The notes beneath the pieces were generated by a model. The model saw only the letters and a list, made by a program, of their open reading frames with translations, had not been told where the DNA came from and did no database searches. DNA of 63,566 bases, the filler included, from Choristocarpus tenellus KU-1152 (Eukaryota; Protista; Phaeophyceae): assembly GCA_964200185.2 (NCBI GenBank). It is 13 parts of 13 records of this genome, joined end to end, with 100 filler letters (N's around TTAATTAATTAA, not from the genome) between each part and the next. Parts side by side here need not be neighbours in the genome. Positions count along the whole stretch, not along the records: positions 32,728 to 40,017 come from CAXNAD020006396.1; positions 40,118 to 46,646 come from CAXNAD020007928.1; positions 46,747 to 50,001 come from CAXNAD020021232.1; 10 more parts are not named here. The stretch is one strand, 5' to 3'. The position numbers and the translations under genes were made by a program. The number at the start of each line of letters is the position of its first letter. The first letter of the stretch is position 1. This document shows positions 37,101-50,001 of this stretch, one piece after another.

Positions 37101-39883
37101 TCAAAAGTCCTGTAGTTTGAGACGAGGGACAATATTCATACTCTGCAGCTCCTGTAGGATTACAATAAAGAGGCACCACAGACCGGATGGTTCGCACATG
37201 TCACGGGAATGGGAGAACGGTATTTCATCATTTTGGGGAGTCCGAGGCTTGCTACCCACCATTTCCTCTCTCAAGCTACGCATTTCTTACAGTAGATGGG
37301 ACCCTCACTTCTTTCTAGAGTAGGCATTAATTCCGTATGTATGTATGTATGTTTGTATGTGTGTCTGTCTGTACGTGTGTCTGTATGTATGTATGTATGC
37401 ATTTCCAATCATGGTACAAGTCTACCTACTGCCCACCCACCTGGAATAGGAGTTTACAAGCATAAGGAAGTCGGATGTTCGCCATCTTCTCTCGACTGTG
37501 GCAGTTCTGACACCATCCAGAATACCTGACCACACACACACACACACACACACACGCATCACAGAAATTACAGGCATAGCATTGTCAAGGTAAAGATCGC
37601 TTCCGGAAGAGGAAAAAAGGGGTGGGAACACTGAAAAATCGTTTTGGGGAAGGAGACTTGATGCAAGTCTCGGAGATCATAGATGTAGACGTGAGTATCG
37701 AACTTGTGTTGGTGGAGATGAGATGTGTCAGCCATGATGAAAAACAGCGATCCCTGAAGACCTGAGACTACTGCAGTGGCTGGTGAAGGTGTACAAAGAT
37801 GGGAGATAAAAGCAATGGATTGATGCGTACACGGGGGGTGTTTGACTCCCACGCCATACACCAAATTTCCACGCATGGGATATCCATCCCTACTCTTCAC
37901 ACACCCCATCTCCCCTGCATCACACCAAATCCATCGATTGTCTACTCAAGTCACACTTCTGTTCCGTAATATGTATTTTCAGATACACTGAGATGGAGGT
38001 ATGTTCGTGAGTTCTTCCCATTGTCCCGTCTCAGAGTGGATGCAGCAAACAACTTTTCAGCGGATCACAGTTGAAACAAACATGTCTTGGAGACTCATCC
38101 CTACCATTAGTGGAGTGAAGGATGGATGTACATGAAGCACAGCTCCCCTCTATGCAGCAAAGGGTGTACCCTTCAGACGTACGTATAGGATACATTATCC
38201 ATCGCAGGTAACGACTAGGTCATCTAACGCCTGCGCAGGTGTAAATCCACATTCTAGACCCGAGTCCTCTCAAGCAGCAACAAGGATTGCTATTTGCGGC
38301 CCATGTCCAGTTCTCTCAGTTCTCTGGTGACAAAAAACAATGATCCCATCCCTTTATCGTACAGACACTTAACAATCCTGCTTGAGGGGACACAACTAGT
38401 GTGGCATCATGTGAACAGATTATCGGTAAAAAAATGAAAAAAAAAGAGGGACGGTACCCTCTTGCCATAAGAAAGCAGTAACTGACATGCCCAAAACGAA
38501 AATAATACAAATAATCCACCTGAAGTCACCATCACCACCACCACCACCATCACCACCCCTCCTCACTTGCTCTGCCTCGAGGACAATGTTCCACAATAGA
38601 CTGAAACTGCAGTATAAATATTCATAGGAGAGGTGCTTTTTGTACATGAGAAGACCGGGTTCCCCTTTCAACGCCCTCCTGGACCAACACACTAACACTC
38701 ATCGATTCCATTACTAGTACCAGCCACCAAAATATCTCCTCCCCCTCCCTGAGTATTAACTACTATCCAGAATAGACGATATCATACATTCTCAAGGTAA
38801 TTCATGCCCCCCTGCCCATCTTTACCAACCAAAGTATAGACTCACCCAAGAAGACCACATCCCTCACACACAGTGGCTGTGAAGGCATCACTACTGATCA
38901 TTAACCTCTCCATGATCAGGGCACTAGCACCATACCCAATCAGGCAGTCGCGCTCCATCTCTCCCAGACGGAGGCCACCATCCCTAGACCTCCCTTCCGT
39001 TGGCTGCCTTGTCAGCACAGCCCTTGGACCACGAGCTCGGGCATGCATCTGTAAGTGGGTGACACCAAACAGACCAAGAAAATCTCAACACATCACGCTA
39101 ACAAACCAGAACAGTTTCTCACCCCATATGTGATATTTAAACAATAAAAATACTCAAGATGGTAATGAACATAACCATGTAGTCCAAAGGCAATGGCCAG
39201 AGAGAGAGAGAGAGAGAGGCATTAATAAAAAAAAGTAAAACAAAAAATATCAGCGAGAGCGAGAAGATTATGGTGAGCAAAAAAAAAAAAGCAAAAAAAA
39301 ACATCGGGGGGATCAACAGATTGGTTTGGCATTGTAAGGTGTACCTCAAAAATGTACACACATATACCTTTGACCGTATGACCTAAATACTCCATACTTC
39401 ATATCGTCATAGGTTTGCATACCGTTAGTCATATACCGTTCTGCCGACTCTCACTATCTCTCAAGTAATATTTCTATTGCTATTTTTTCCTTCCACGTTC
39501 AGAGGGTGGTGTGGTGGTACAGAGGAAACACTAGCAACAACAAAATACATAAAAATAAAATAAATAACACACTATAGCACAAAAAAAGAAAACAGCGTTT
39601 TTTTTTTTTTGGCACCTGCAAAAATAGGCAGAGGCCATACATAGATTCAATCCCCTTGCCCTCCCTCCCTTTTCCTAGCAATAAGAAATACCTGGGGAAA
39701 CGCACACAAAAGCGTAAGTGGAAGACAGACACTTCTTTCTGCTTGTACCTTATCCATAACCATGTGCTTGAGCTTTTGGTAGAACACCGGGCCCGAGAAG
39801 ATGTAGTTCATGAGGGGCTCCCCACTTGTCCCAGAGGTGAGCCAATCTTTGCCCACATAGCTGTACCCTCTCTGCACCAAAGC
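37101..39883 (-). CDS. RPC2: DNA-directed RNA polymerase III second-largest subunit, last four exons
   Basis: Exons 39883-39749 (GYSYVGKD...[15 protein letters not shown]), 39048-38846 ([42 protein letters not shown]...[10 protein letters not shown]), 37525-37441 (YSGWCQNC...[10 protein letters not shown]) and 37151-37101 ([16 protein letters not shown] stop). Phases are compatible and the motifs are of the Pol III (POLR3B) type. Confidence 0.96.
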
Positions 39884-40187
39884 CTGTCGTACGTGTATTG
39901 CGCATCATGCATAATGCAATGATCGGGGGGGGGGGGGGGGGGGGGGGGGAAAAAAAAAAAAATTAAAAGCGGAAAAACCCCAACAAAGGGAAAAAGGGAA
40001 AAAAAAAAAACAAAAAANNNNNNNNNNNNNNNNNNNNNNNNNNNNNNNNNNNNNNNNNNNNTTAATTAATTAANNNNNNNNNNNNNNNNNNNNNNNNNNN
40101 NNNNNNNNNNNNNNNNNGTGTTCCCTGTGTTCTTGATGTGGTAGCTCTTGCTGAATGGTTTATCACCTCGGCTTCAAGCCCTCTCGC

Positions 40188-40246
40188 TATTATTATATTA
40201 TTATTATTATTATTATTACTACTACTACTACTACTACTACTACTTT

Positions 40247-40277
<31 letters not shown>
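40188..40277. repeat. Compound (TAT)n(TAC)n microsatellite
   Basis: Seen directly. Confidence 0.9.
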
Positions 40278-40278
<1 letters not shown>

Positions 40279-41558
40279 TTTATATTTTATTTTCAATGAA
40301 GGCAAGTGTGCCTCCATCCTGTGGGGCTGCTCCTCGACCCGCTCCACCTTCATTTTTCGCTTTAGCTACAGTTTTGCCCTGTGTTTTTGCAGCAAGGGTG
40401 TGGCTGACGGCCTGTCCTCCTCCGTCGGCCTTTCGTGGTCAACGCAATGGCCCAGTAAAGCTCGGCAACATCATCATCCACACTTTCCTCACCTCTCCTA
40501 GCCGCTGCCTGAGCATTGCTGTTAGTTCCACCCATCTGGGACGAGGTCATTTGTTTCATTATGAACTGGTACCATTTTTTTAGGACCATGTTTAGCATTC
40601 TCCTTGTTCGATTTTTTTAACCTCCCAAAGTTGACCGGGGCTTTGTGTTTGTTCCCCATTTTTGAATTTGCACTGGTTGTGGGGAAGGTCAAGTGCAGAT
40701 GTACAGATGTTTTTGTTGGCTGCCTCAGCAGCAGGTGAAGAGTTGAAACCCTTGTCAGTTCTTGTCAGTTGTTTTTCCTCTGCAGCACGCTACCAACCGC
40801 ACAAAAGTTGAACCTAAAAAAGCCCTGATAAATTCACCAGTTCGATTTTTAGCACAGTGTCAATCCCAGCTCCCTCTTCCATTAAGTAACAAGCAGTATG
40901 TGCCTCTGAAAGGAGATGGGGTAATAGTTAGACTGATTAAGATATTGCTGTTATGTCAGTACCTGTTAGGTTATTCAAGTGCTACAGTGATCAGTGGTCG
41001 GATGGATGAATTGCATATCATTCCACACTGTAGGAGGTGCGTTTTAAACCACCTAACGACAACTTCTGGCTTCCATTTTTCTCCTTCATGGTGCTATGTC
41101 CATGAGAGATGCGAGTCTAAGCTTAGTGTAGAGGTATCACTTCCGTTGCCGGCGTTGGGTAGTGAGCGTGTACCCCTGTTTGTTTTTTCATGGTGGTGTT
41201 AGGGATATGCATTCAGTTTTTGGTTGCAGTAACTTCGATTGTGAAGGGCTTTCTTTCGCCTTGGATGGCGTGACCTCTTATCATTGCCAGGGGGGTGGGG
41301 CTACGGCGATATGGGAGTTGGGTATCGTTCCCTTTTGCTTTGAAATAGGTTCGGCCCTTTTCGCCATGTTGTTCCTGTTGTTGTTGGTGTGAAGGCATGT
41401 TCAGAATGGCTTAATGGTGGACCCTGCCTCTGAACCCTCGTCCAGGCAATCGCGTTTGACGTGCAAGTACCATGATGCCCCTCCCTGACCGTTTGAGACG
41501 CCCTGAAGCACTGACGAATGCCGTTGTCCACACCCAACTATATGTGCACTTGTACCAG

Positions 41559-42041
41559 GTTGCAACGGGTTCCACCGGGCGGCAAGTGAGTGGGACAGTT
41601 GTGGATTTTCAGATCCGCCTGTGGAGTCCATCTGGCCAGCAGGTTTGCATTTATTTGCTGCACTTTGTCCCCTTGCCAAGGTTGCTGTCAATGTGTTCCT
41701 GCGGGCACTCTTCTGACTATCCCTTGCCTTTTGGAAGCGTGTTTTCTTTTGTTAGGAAGCTAGGGGGGAGGGCGTCCGCGGCTGGGTGTTTTGTTGGGGA
41801 GGGGTTTTTTGGATCCCGTTGATTTGTTGGTGATGCTCAGAGTGTGGTGTTTTGAGCATCAACCTTTCGGGGTCTCTGAGTGCTGCCAGTTGTGTGGATT
41901 AGGTGTGGTGGGCCTGTGATTACCATCTGACATTAATTTTCAATAATCTGGAAGGCGTCAATTGTGTTGTCAATTCAAGTCGGTTTTTCTACAAACTCTG
42001 CTGAATCTTGCCCCCTTCTCCCCAGTCAAGCTCTCCTCGCT

Positions 42042-42078
<37 letters not shown>

Positions 42079-42505
42079 AGAAAGCCTGTACAAGGCGTTG
42101 ACACACCCTCCTCTTTCATGCCCATCCTCGCCCTCTAGTGAGGACCAAGTGTGTTTTAGAGTTGATATGCAAGGTTTTCAATCTTGGTGTTATTGATAGT
42201 GTGGCCTTAAGCTATGTAGGTATTGACAAGACACTTGCTGGTAGCCTTTTGATATTCTTTGACGCACGGCCAAGTCAGAAACAGATTGATTTGCCGTTTG
42301 TTTGGGCCAGTACTTGAAGTACCTTCTCATTTCAGGGTATTTTACTGCCAGTAACAGTGTCAATGGTAGTACTTTGATTGGTGAGTATTTTCAGTTGTGT
42401 TTTTGATATTGATCCAAAGAAGCAGTCTGGGGGTGCTTCTTAGCAGGGCTCTGCCCGAATTTGATTGTCATACCATCAGCACTTATGCACAAACACAACA
42501 AAACA

Positions 42506-42550
<45 letters not shown>

Positions 42551-43539
42551 GTGATCCACTAAGCTAACAAGGTCTTTTCTGTCTGCACCCCACCCTACTT
42601 CATCCATGCAGCTGAAAACGTTGCGTGAGCACACGGGGCCTGTTCGATCTCTGGACCTTGCTCCTGGGGTGGGGTTCCTCTCTACTTCAAATGATGGCAC
42701 TGCCAGACTGTGGTCCATGGAAGGGGATGTGTTGGCAGTGATGCCTCACCCAGCCACAGCAGAGGGACAGCCCTCTTTTGTCCTCGGGGTGGGCACTCGT
42801 GCTGGCTTGTATTTATTGTTTGAAATATTGTTGCAGGGTTAGGGTTAAGGTTGGTCATCTGTATTCGACAGGGCTAGGGGACTATTGACTAAGGAGTGTG
42901 GTGGAGTATTGATTACCTAATTTTGGACTACTGTTTATTCCCTTGTTGATCTGGTGTCATGCTTTCCACTTCTCCGCCTCTGATTACTTCACCTTAGGCC
43001 TCCTGTTGTATCCTGGGGGTCCGTTTTATTGATTAGGCTGGCACCCATTTGACTGTTGATTGTGGGTGAATGGTAGAGGTGACCATCAAGTAACTGAGTT
43101 GAAATGTTAGTGTCTGCTTCCATTACACATCTGCTTCCACCACACCCTCCCTTCCTTCGTCAGATATCTGTTGCTCCATGAGCTTGATTGAACCTTACCC
43201 CCCCTGAACCGACTCCCTCAAAATGTCCCCTCTGTGCAACCCCACAACTCACACTCATCACCCCTTCAAGGCCCTTTCAAAACCAGAATAACCTTTCCTC
43301 CACTCTAATTGTCTTCTGTGTGTTCTCAAGTACGTCCCACCTGTGTGTATGTGAACCCTCCCCCATTTTAAATTCTCCAGGGATGTGTGCTGGGGACCAG
43401 TGGGGAGTATGTATCTGTGGATGAGAGTGGCATGTGCATGGTGTGGAATGGGTCTCAAGTGGGCCAGAGCCTGATGCATCCATCTGGGCTGTGGTGTGTT
43501 TGCTCCTTGCCCAATGGAGACTTTGCCACTGGCTGTCAG
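41559..43539 (+). CDS. PLAA: WD40-repeat protein, PLAA/Doa1/Ufd3-like; three internal exons
   Basis: Phase-0 GT-AG exons 41559-41642 (VATGS...QIRLWSPSGQQ), 42612-42788 (LKTLREHTGPVRSL...FLSTSNDGTARLWS) and 43381-43539 (...HPSGLWCVCSLPNGDFATGCQ). FLS.SNDG and W.V..LPNGD..TG are typical of the PLAA/Doa1 propeller. Confidence 0.8.
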
Positions 43540-43822
43540 GTGTGTGAAGCGTTAACTTATAAAGGTGAACTTAGTACTGTTAGTTTATTATTGTGATGTT
43601 AAAATAGTTAAAAACGACAAATATCTTTCTCATAAACGTAGATTGCGTGCATTTGGTTGGGTGAGGCAGGTGGTTGTCCACCCTCAAGGCCTGTGGTAGG
43701 TTTGTTTGCCCCTTGCTTAGTAGCTTCTTTTTTGTCACTGGGTGTCAGGTCTTCGAGGTAGTTAGTTGTGCTACTTTAATTTGTGTCCTGTTGTACCCCT
43801 GGAAGATGTATCAGCGGCTTGA

Positions 43823-43850
43823 GGTTAGGGTTAGGGTTAGGGTTAGGGTT
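43823..43850 (+). repeat. Interstitial telomere-like (TTAGGG)4 tract
   Basis: ggttagggttagggttagggttagggtt; shorter tracts occur at about 42836, 43908, 50134 and 58858. Confidence 0.8.
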
Positions 43851-46800
43851 GATGATTTGAGTTTTCTGTAGCTAACCTTATGTTGCTACTGGACTGGTTG
43901 AGACATAGGGTTAGGGCTGGGTTTCATCTGGGAATCAGGCGAGCGTTTTGTCTATTTTAGTTTATAATCTCCAATGTTTAGGTACGCTGGAGTGCTAGTT
44001 ACTGCTGATCAATAGGCTGAGGTCTTTGTTCAGAATAAAGTATAGTTGCAGGGGAGAGTAGGTGGGTGGTACCTGGTGAGGGGCAAGGATGTGTCAGAGA
44101 TGATGAAGATGGTCATCTTGTCAAAGCCCCCGTACTTCCGATGTGGATATCGTTCCTGCTACACACGTGGTTGTGACTACGTTGTAAAAAATGTTGAAAA
44201 CTCAGAGGCGGAAGGGAGTGAAACCATCTAAGAGGGAGATTGTTTTTTGGCACTTTTGAATTCCAAGGCCCTTTTGAAAGTTGTGTTTTGTGTGTGTGTG
44301 TGTGTGTGTGTGTGTCACACCCCATACATTATGTGCAGTCAGCCCCCCTTTGGACAGTGTGTCTTTATAAGAAGATTGTAGCTGTGAGCATGTTGCTAGT
44401 CAGTATTGCCTCCCATAGAGTGCTCAAAACGCCTACGCCACAGGACAAGTCATAGTGCTCCTTGAAATTCACGATACCCCTCTCTCAGATGATATGAATC
44501 AGGGATTCGCGATTGTTTGTTTCTAGTATGCTAGTATGCTGATTTCAGACCGTCATGATGTGGACTGCGATGTATGTAACTTCATGGGGTCTATAAAATT
44601 GTTCCTATGAACTAGCTACAGTTGTAGGCTGTTGCCCCAGTAAAGGATGTCTAGATTCCGTCTTTGGTTATCTGAGTGCTGTAGACAGGTCACGGGTCTG
44701 GCGTGTGCTGTACAAGGACCTATTCTGTGTTTGGTGTCGACTAGAGTGGGTCATGCAAGCTGAGTGAGAAATTAGGAACTATTGCATCCAACATTCAACC
44801 CTGAGAGGGTTTGCACAAAATTCCCAAAACAGAGGAAGGCGGGATTGCACAGGAAAATACCCACAGCGAATATGTGTGTAAGGGTAGGATGGGGAAGGAG
44901 GGTGGGTAGGGGGGATGCAGAAAGGAAGAAGGGCTTAACTTGCCTTTATGCGGTACTGATTGTGCTGGTCATGGTTTATTGCTACCCTACATTGAAGTAG
45001 TAGAATGGGAAAATACTGGGGTGAATTTTTAGTGTAACTGAAAGAGTTTCATGCTATGCTCACCCGGTTGTGTTGGTTATTGTGCTTGTTTTGTTTCGAG
45101 ACGATTTATTTATTTTTATTTGTTTTGTTGATTTTTTTTGCAGAAATACGTCGTAAGTGCCACCCTCAAGAGGATTGTCGTGTTGACCTTAATAGCTTGT
45201 CGATATGTAGGCATATCTATTATCCTACTGTTGGTAGCATATCCTTCAAGATGAAGATTCGTAGGTAGTGAGTTGTGGTGTGTACTTGGGGCATGTGGTT
45301 CGTCTGCCATGTACTCTATGTTGTCAAGAGGACTGTGTTCACACCTTTGGAGAGGTGACTCGGTTAGTGCTTACATCCAATGGTGTTGCAATGTCTCAGG
45401 GGCAGACCCATTGTGAGCCTATTGTGAAAATTTTGAGAGGGGAGAGGGTCACCCTTAAAATCCTACCAGAACGGGGGCATTCCAGTGACAGAGGTATCAC
45501 ATTGTTGAGGGAGCATATGATGAAAGAGAAGTGTGTGTGGGAGCCCTCGTATCTACCGTTGTAGCTACTGGTACTCCTTGCGTTGCTATGGGCCACTACA
45601 GGGTGGATGGAGAGGTTCATGATTGTCCCCCAGCTTCTATCACCGAGGAAAGCCTTGATGTGTGGAGACGCGACTTGCTGCCTGCCTCTTGCGTTTGAAT
45701 TTGAAATTTGAAGTGTGATGGCTTTGGATATGACTCTCGTCTCTGTTACGTTTCTTGTTCGTGTTGCTCTGGTTTTTTTCAATGCCCTTCTCATCTCTTG
45801 GGCAGCATTATTCATCTCTATGTGTGTATCTGACGTACTTGATTTGGTTTGAAGGTGTGTGCCAACGCCTGATACAAGCATAATGCTCTCCTGTGCTTGT
45901 GTGTAGCGGCCTTTGTGACTGGAGAGCTGATAATGAAGCTGGAGTCACAAGGACAACAAGAAACACAATCTTTTTGAAAATTTTGTGCACTTGGTGAAGG
46001 AGTTGCAGTGTAATTTGGCGTTGGGGTACAGCCTCTCTCTCTCTCTCTCTCTCGTTGGGAGATGGCGGTGTCTGCAGTGGCCAATGTTGCCTGAAGAGAT
46101 AAGTGGTTGATTGTTGATACAGAATAGTTGGTAATAGTTTGGCTGCCTTCTGTTTTAATTCAGGGGATATCGACAGGCGTGGATCTGCGTTGAACCGAGT
46201 CCTTTCTGTGGTTACTGATAGGACCAGGAGGCGTGCTGGTGTGTCAATGCCAGTGGAATTAGTCAGCTAATGAACGGCCTTCTCCACCTTGAGACCTCAT
46301 GGGCGTACCGGATCCTTCCCTGGTCAATGAGATCACACTTGTTGGAGGCTTAAGAAGCCGGGTCAGGTGGGGTCTTGTATGCCGTGAGGGGCCTTGGCAT
46401 CACTAGCTGGAAGACCTCTTTCCGTGGTAGAAGGTCTTACGTGTTTGGATGCAGCAGTGAAAGCAAGGAGGGCGGTGGCAGTGACCATTGAGTGCAGTCT
46501 CTATCGCGTTATTACGAGAAAAGCCTTGACGTTACAAGTTCAATTCTGACCTGAACCCTTGAGTGGGACTTGATTGATCTCGTGTTGCCTCTGTTGCGGA
46601 GGTCCTTTGCTATTTGGGTTCCTCCCCTATGCACCCCCCTCCCCCCNNNNNNNNNNNNNNNNNNNNNNNNNNNNNNNNNNNNNNNNNNNNTTAATTAATT
46701 AANNNNNNNNNNNNNNNNNNNNNNNNNNNNNNNNNNNNNNNNNNNNAAAAATAGTTGTTTGACCGAAACGGACGCCCCCTCACAAACCACCCCCCCACCC

Positions 46801-48639
46801 GGATACTTTGAGTCTTCAGTACTCCCATCGTCCATCGTTCCATCTCCTACCACAAATCTTGTGGTGGACCTGCCTCAAAGCTTTCCCGATCCTGGGGTTC
46901 ATGTTTTCATGGTATAGCCATAGACAGGGTATCATAGACAGGTGTACAACCCAGTGTGCTTGTCATGTAGAATTCGATAATCAAAATCAAATTTCCGTAA
47001 AAAGAAGTCTGGTGTGGAAGGGGTTTAAGACCCGCGAATTTCATTCAGGAAACACACCCTAAACCACTAAGTCATAGAAGTATTTTTTGTTACGTGTGAT
47101 CTTGGAGGCCCTAAATTTCGACAAAACCAGACGACCAGCCATATGAACAATTTTAATTAAACATTAACGAAGAATTCGAAACTCATGCACACAACAACAA
47201 TATTTTTTTTTGCTTGGGCTTGAAATGACAACAACAATGTATTGCAAACTCTGGTGCACGAAAATACACGCTGGAGTTCACTTTGGTAAATTGAGCAACT
47301 CTTCTTCGTAAAGATGCCGACTAAGAAATCAATACCTGCTTGATTTCTCTGTTGAATTAAATTTGATTTCAAGAATTGCTTTAACCCTTGTACGCAACCC
47401 CACCCAAAAGCAAATTTCTCTACTTAGATCTTGGCCAACATTAATTTCGTATGGGAAAACACAAGTGGTGAATCAGATGCGATAGTACAATTTGAAAAGT
47501 AAGGGATACATTCTTCCACCGTACAGTGGAATTGCATTCAAATATATTCCATAGTTATCAGAGTAACCCACAAATCGTTTAGATCATCACTGCTCATCAC
47601 CAGTTTAGACTTTGACATCAGTATCTGAACAAAGTAGCTCTCTCAAAGCGCGTCATGCGTTTTTAACTAGGAGGTACTGGGCCGGTGGGCCAGAAGGGCT
47701 GTCGCAGATTCTTGGGATCTTTTACTAGCTCCTCTACCACCTTTTTAGCACTAGGCTGGGAGGATAGTAGTGTTATATTATTTCTTAGGGAATAGTACCA
47801 GTACTATAGAGGTCTATATAGTAACTGTTAAGGTATTCCGTTGAACACTGACACGACTTCCTCCTTTGACAGTTGAGGTAAATTCTGACAGTCTGAGGAG
47901 TGTCGTAGAAGATTTGTTGATGTTTAAATCTTATTGATATTGATATCTCATTCGCCCACACGGCTACTGCTTCTCCAATAGTCTTTCTTTAGTAGGACTG
48001 GATTGCTTGCTCGAGATTGGAAGTGAGTCAGCAGGGTTCTCTCTACTACTACCCCCACTGACAGTCGTCTAGAACAACCCTACTTCCAGAAGTCACAAAT
48101 GTCTGGAACTTACTAGATTCTTCCAGATGCCGAGTCTACAAAACAAGACTATTATCAGACAGTACTCGGAAACGCTGGAGCCATTTTTTTTTAGAGTAAC
48201 GATTTAATATAAAACTCCTACTTTAATCAACTTTTTATGTGTTGTTTCCATTATCTTCTATGTATGGTACAAATCCATATTGTGTTACTGTTACTAATCC
48301 TACAAGTCTGTAGAGCACTTAATACAAACATCCCCACTTGCTCTACAAGAGTTTACTCTCCAAAGCTCAATTTGCTCCTCCTCATTGATGTATACTACTA
48401 TCAAAACAAAGGATTAGAATAAGATAGCACCCTCAATAACAGTGTACTTCAAACATGAATTCATACCAATGAAAATTTCTCACATTTCCTCTTAGTAGCT
48501 ACCATGACCCTTGATTCGTCGAACGTCCCGATGATTCCAGCTATGTCCAACTCAGTTTTCCCATTTACGCGTATTATAGTCCAGATGCTTTCCGCCGCAC
48601 TTATTGTACATCTATACCTCAATGTGCTTATTCCAAGTC

Positions 48640-48937
48640 TTCAAATCAAACACCTTGGTCACCACATCCGTGTGCTATCCTTCTGTTTTGACATTGACGA
48701 TGTTGACCTTTCCCACTTGAACAGTGTATCGAACAGAGTGGTGTTTTACGTCGATGTGCCTAGTCATCTTGCTGCTGAACCGGTTGTCGGCTAGCTTCAT
48801 GGTTCCTTACTTGTGCTTCGTTATGGGAACAGTGTAGTCCTCCAGATTTGGGTTGACAAAGTGTTGGACCTGGTGTGGAACAGCACATCTTTCTGCACTG
48901 ACGCCAGAGCTATGTACTCCGATTCCGACGTAGAATG
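48640..48937 (-). mobile_element. Ty1/copia LTR-retrotransposon RNase H remnant
   Basis: The minus strand gives STSESEYIALASVQKDV and FSSKMTRHIDVKHHSVR..VQVGKVNIVNVKTEG*HTDVVTK, matching the copia ST.EAEY.A and KHID..H...Q.AD..TK motifs; it contains stops. Confidence 0.85.
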
Positions 48938-49041
48938 TTTGCAGTAGTATCGATAATATGACAGTGAAATTTGAAAATACGAAAAATCATGTCATACAGA
49001 GGTATAATATTGTAGTAGTATATTACGGTTAAAAAAATAAG

Positions 49042-49114
49042 GACCCGAGGCGAGACTTGAACTCGGGATCTCCTCTACCCTAAAGAGGAATCATACCAAC
49101 TAGACCACCTGGGC
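49042..49114 (-). tRNA. tRNA-Pro (anticodon AGG), possibly degenerate
   Basis: GCCCAGG TG GTC TAGTTGGTAT GAT T CCTCT TTAGGGT AGAGG AGATC CCGAG TTCAAGT CTCGC CTCGGGT C. It has a perfect anticodon stem, A and B boxes and a downstream T7 Pol III terminator. There is one A-C mismatch in the acceptor stem and one C-C mismatch in the T stem. Confidence 0.88.
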
Positions 49115-49222
49115 TGAGAAGGGGATCGGTAATTAATGCAAATATCGTTTAAATAATCTCTTTCGAATAGCTTTCTATATAGTTTATTGTTAACTCATGT
49201 CAACTCCCATACCTCTAGTTTT

Positions 49223-49671
49223 GAGTCAAAGTATCTTAGAGGGTAGATCCACGTCCGTTTTGGTGCCAAAATTCAATGTTATGATATAGATGTAATTTTG
49301 GCTATCATGTTTATAAGGAATTGTCAATATCCTTGTTCCGAACATACTTTCTTCTTGTAATGTATACATTTTACATAATCCGAAACTTCTTGGAGTAGGT
49401 AAATGTAATAAAAAACGGCTCGAAGTATCTGGGGGGGGTGGCAGCTGTCCATTTGGGGACAATGTTTTCCATGTCGTCATTTTTGGGTTAATTTGTTTGC
49501 ATATGTGGGATGGATGATGTAGGTGCCACTTTCCCTGGTTATGACCCAAATGGACACCCTAGTGTAGACCCCCCCCCCCCCACACACGGATACTTTGGGT
49601 CAACCCGTCGGAAACCAAGCGCCAAACGGTCAAACAGGGAAAAACTCGTACCCTCCAAGATACTTTCACTC
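49223..49671 (-). mobile_element. Type A AAAGTATCT MITE (reverse orientation) containing a nested type B MITE at 49417-49601
   Basis: Outer element GAGTCAAAGTATCTTAGAGGGTA...TACCCTCCAAGATACTTTCACTC; inner element GGCTCGAAGTATCTGGGGG...CGGATACTTTGGGTC with aac on both flanks. Confidence 0.9.
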
Positions 49672-49850
49672 TTTGTTTTTGCTAAGGAATTCCGCATTGG
49701 TTTCTAACTCAACACAAATTGTTGTATCACACACCCTCACCCGTCTCAAACCCCTCCCGGACCCATACATGTGGTGTCATCTATAACCTTCTTTATTGAT
49801 CTGAGAATTATTGGGAGAAGTGTTGCAATGTAAATGTTCTATTGCTGATA

Positions 49851-50001
49851 TGTTACAGGCGAATAGCACGAGCGTTTCTTCTTGCATTTCAACGAAGTGC
49901 AAGCATTTGTTACACGCAAATAGCGCGAACATTTTCTTCTTATGTTTCAGGAAATACGAACATTTGTAACAGACGTAGAGTGTGAGGATTGTTTCTTGAG
50001 T
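49851..50001. repeat. Degenerate tandem repeat, ~57-bp unit x ~2.6, running into the contig end
   Basis: Units begin tgttacaggcgaatagcacga, tgttacacgcaaatagcgcga and tgtaacagacgtagagtgtga. Confidence 0.75.

Noticed and set aside
37650-38300. hAT dimerisation-domain-like remnant in an RPC2 intron
   Set aside because: Only a vague resemblance; the ER.FS motif is absent.
40148-40583. Poly-Tyr/Thr/Ile ORFs
   Set aside because: They are translations of a microsatellite.
45396-45881. 161-aa minus-strand ORF
   Set aside because: No recognisable motif or splice context; probably a chance ORF or decayed repeat.
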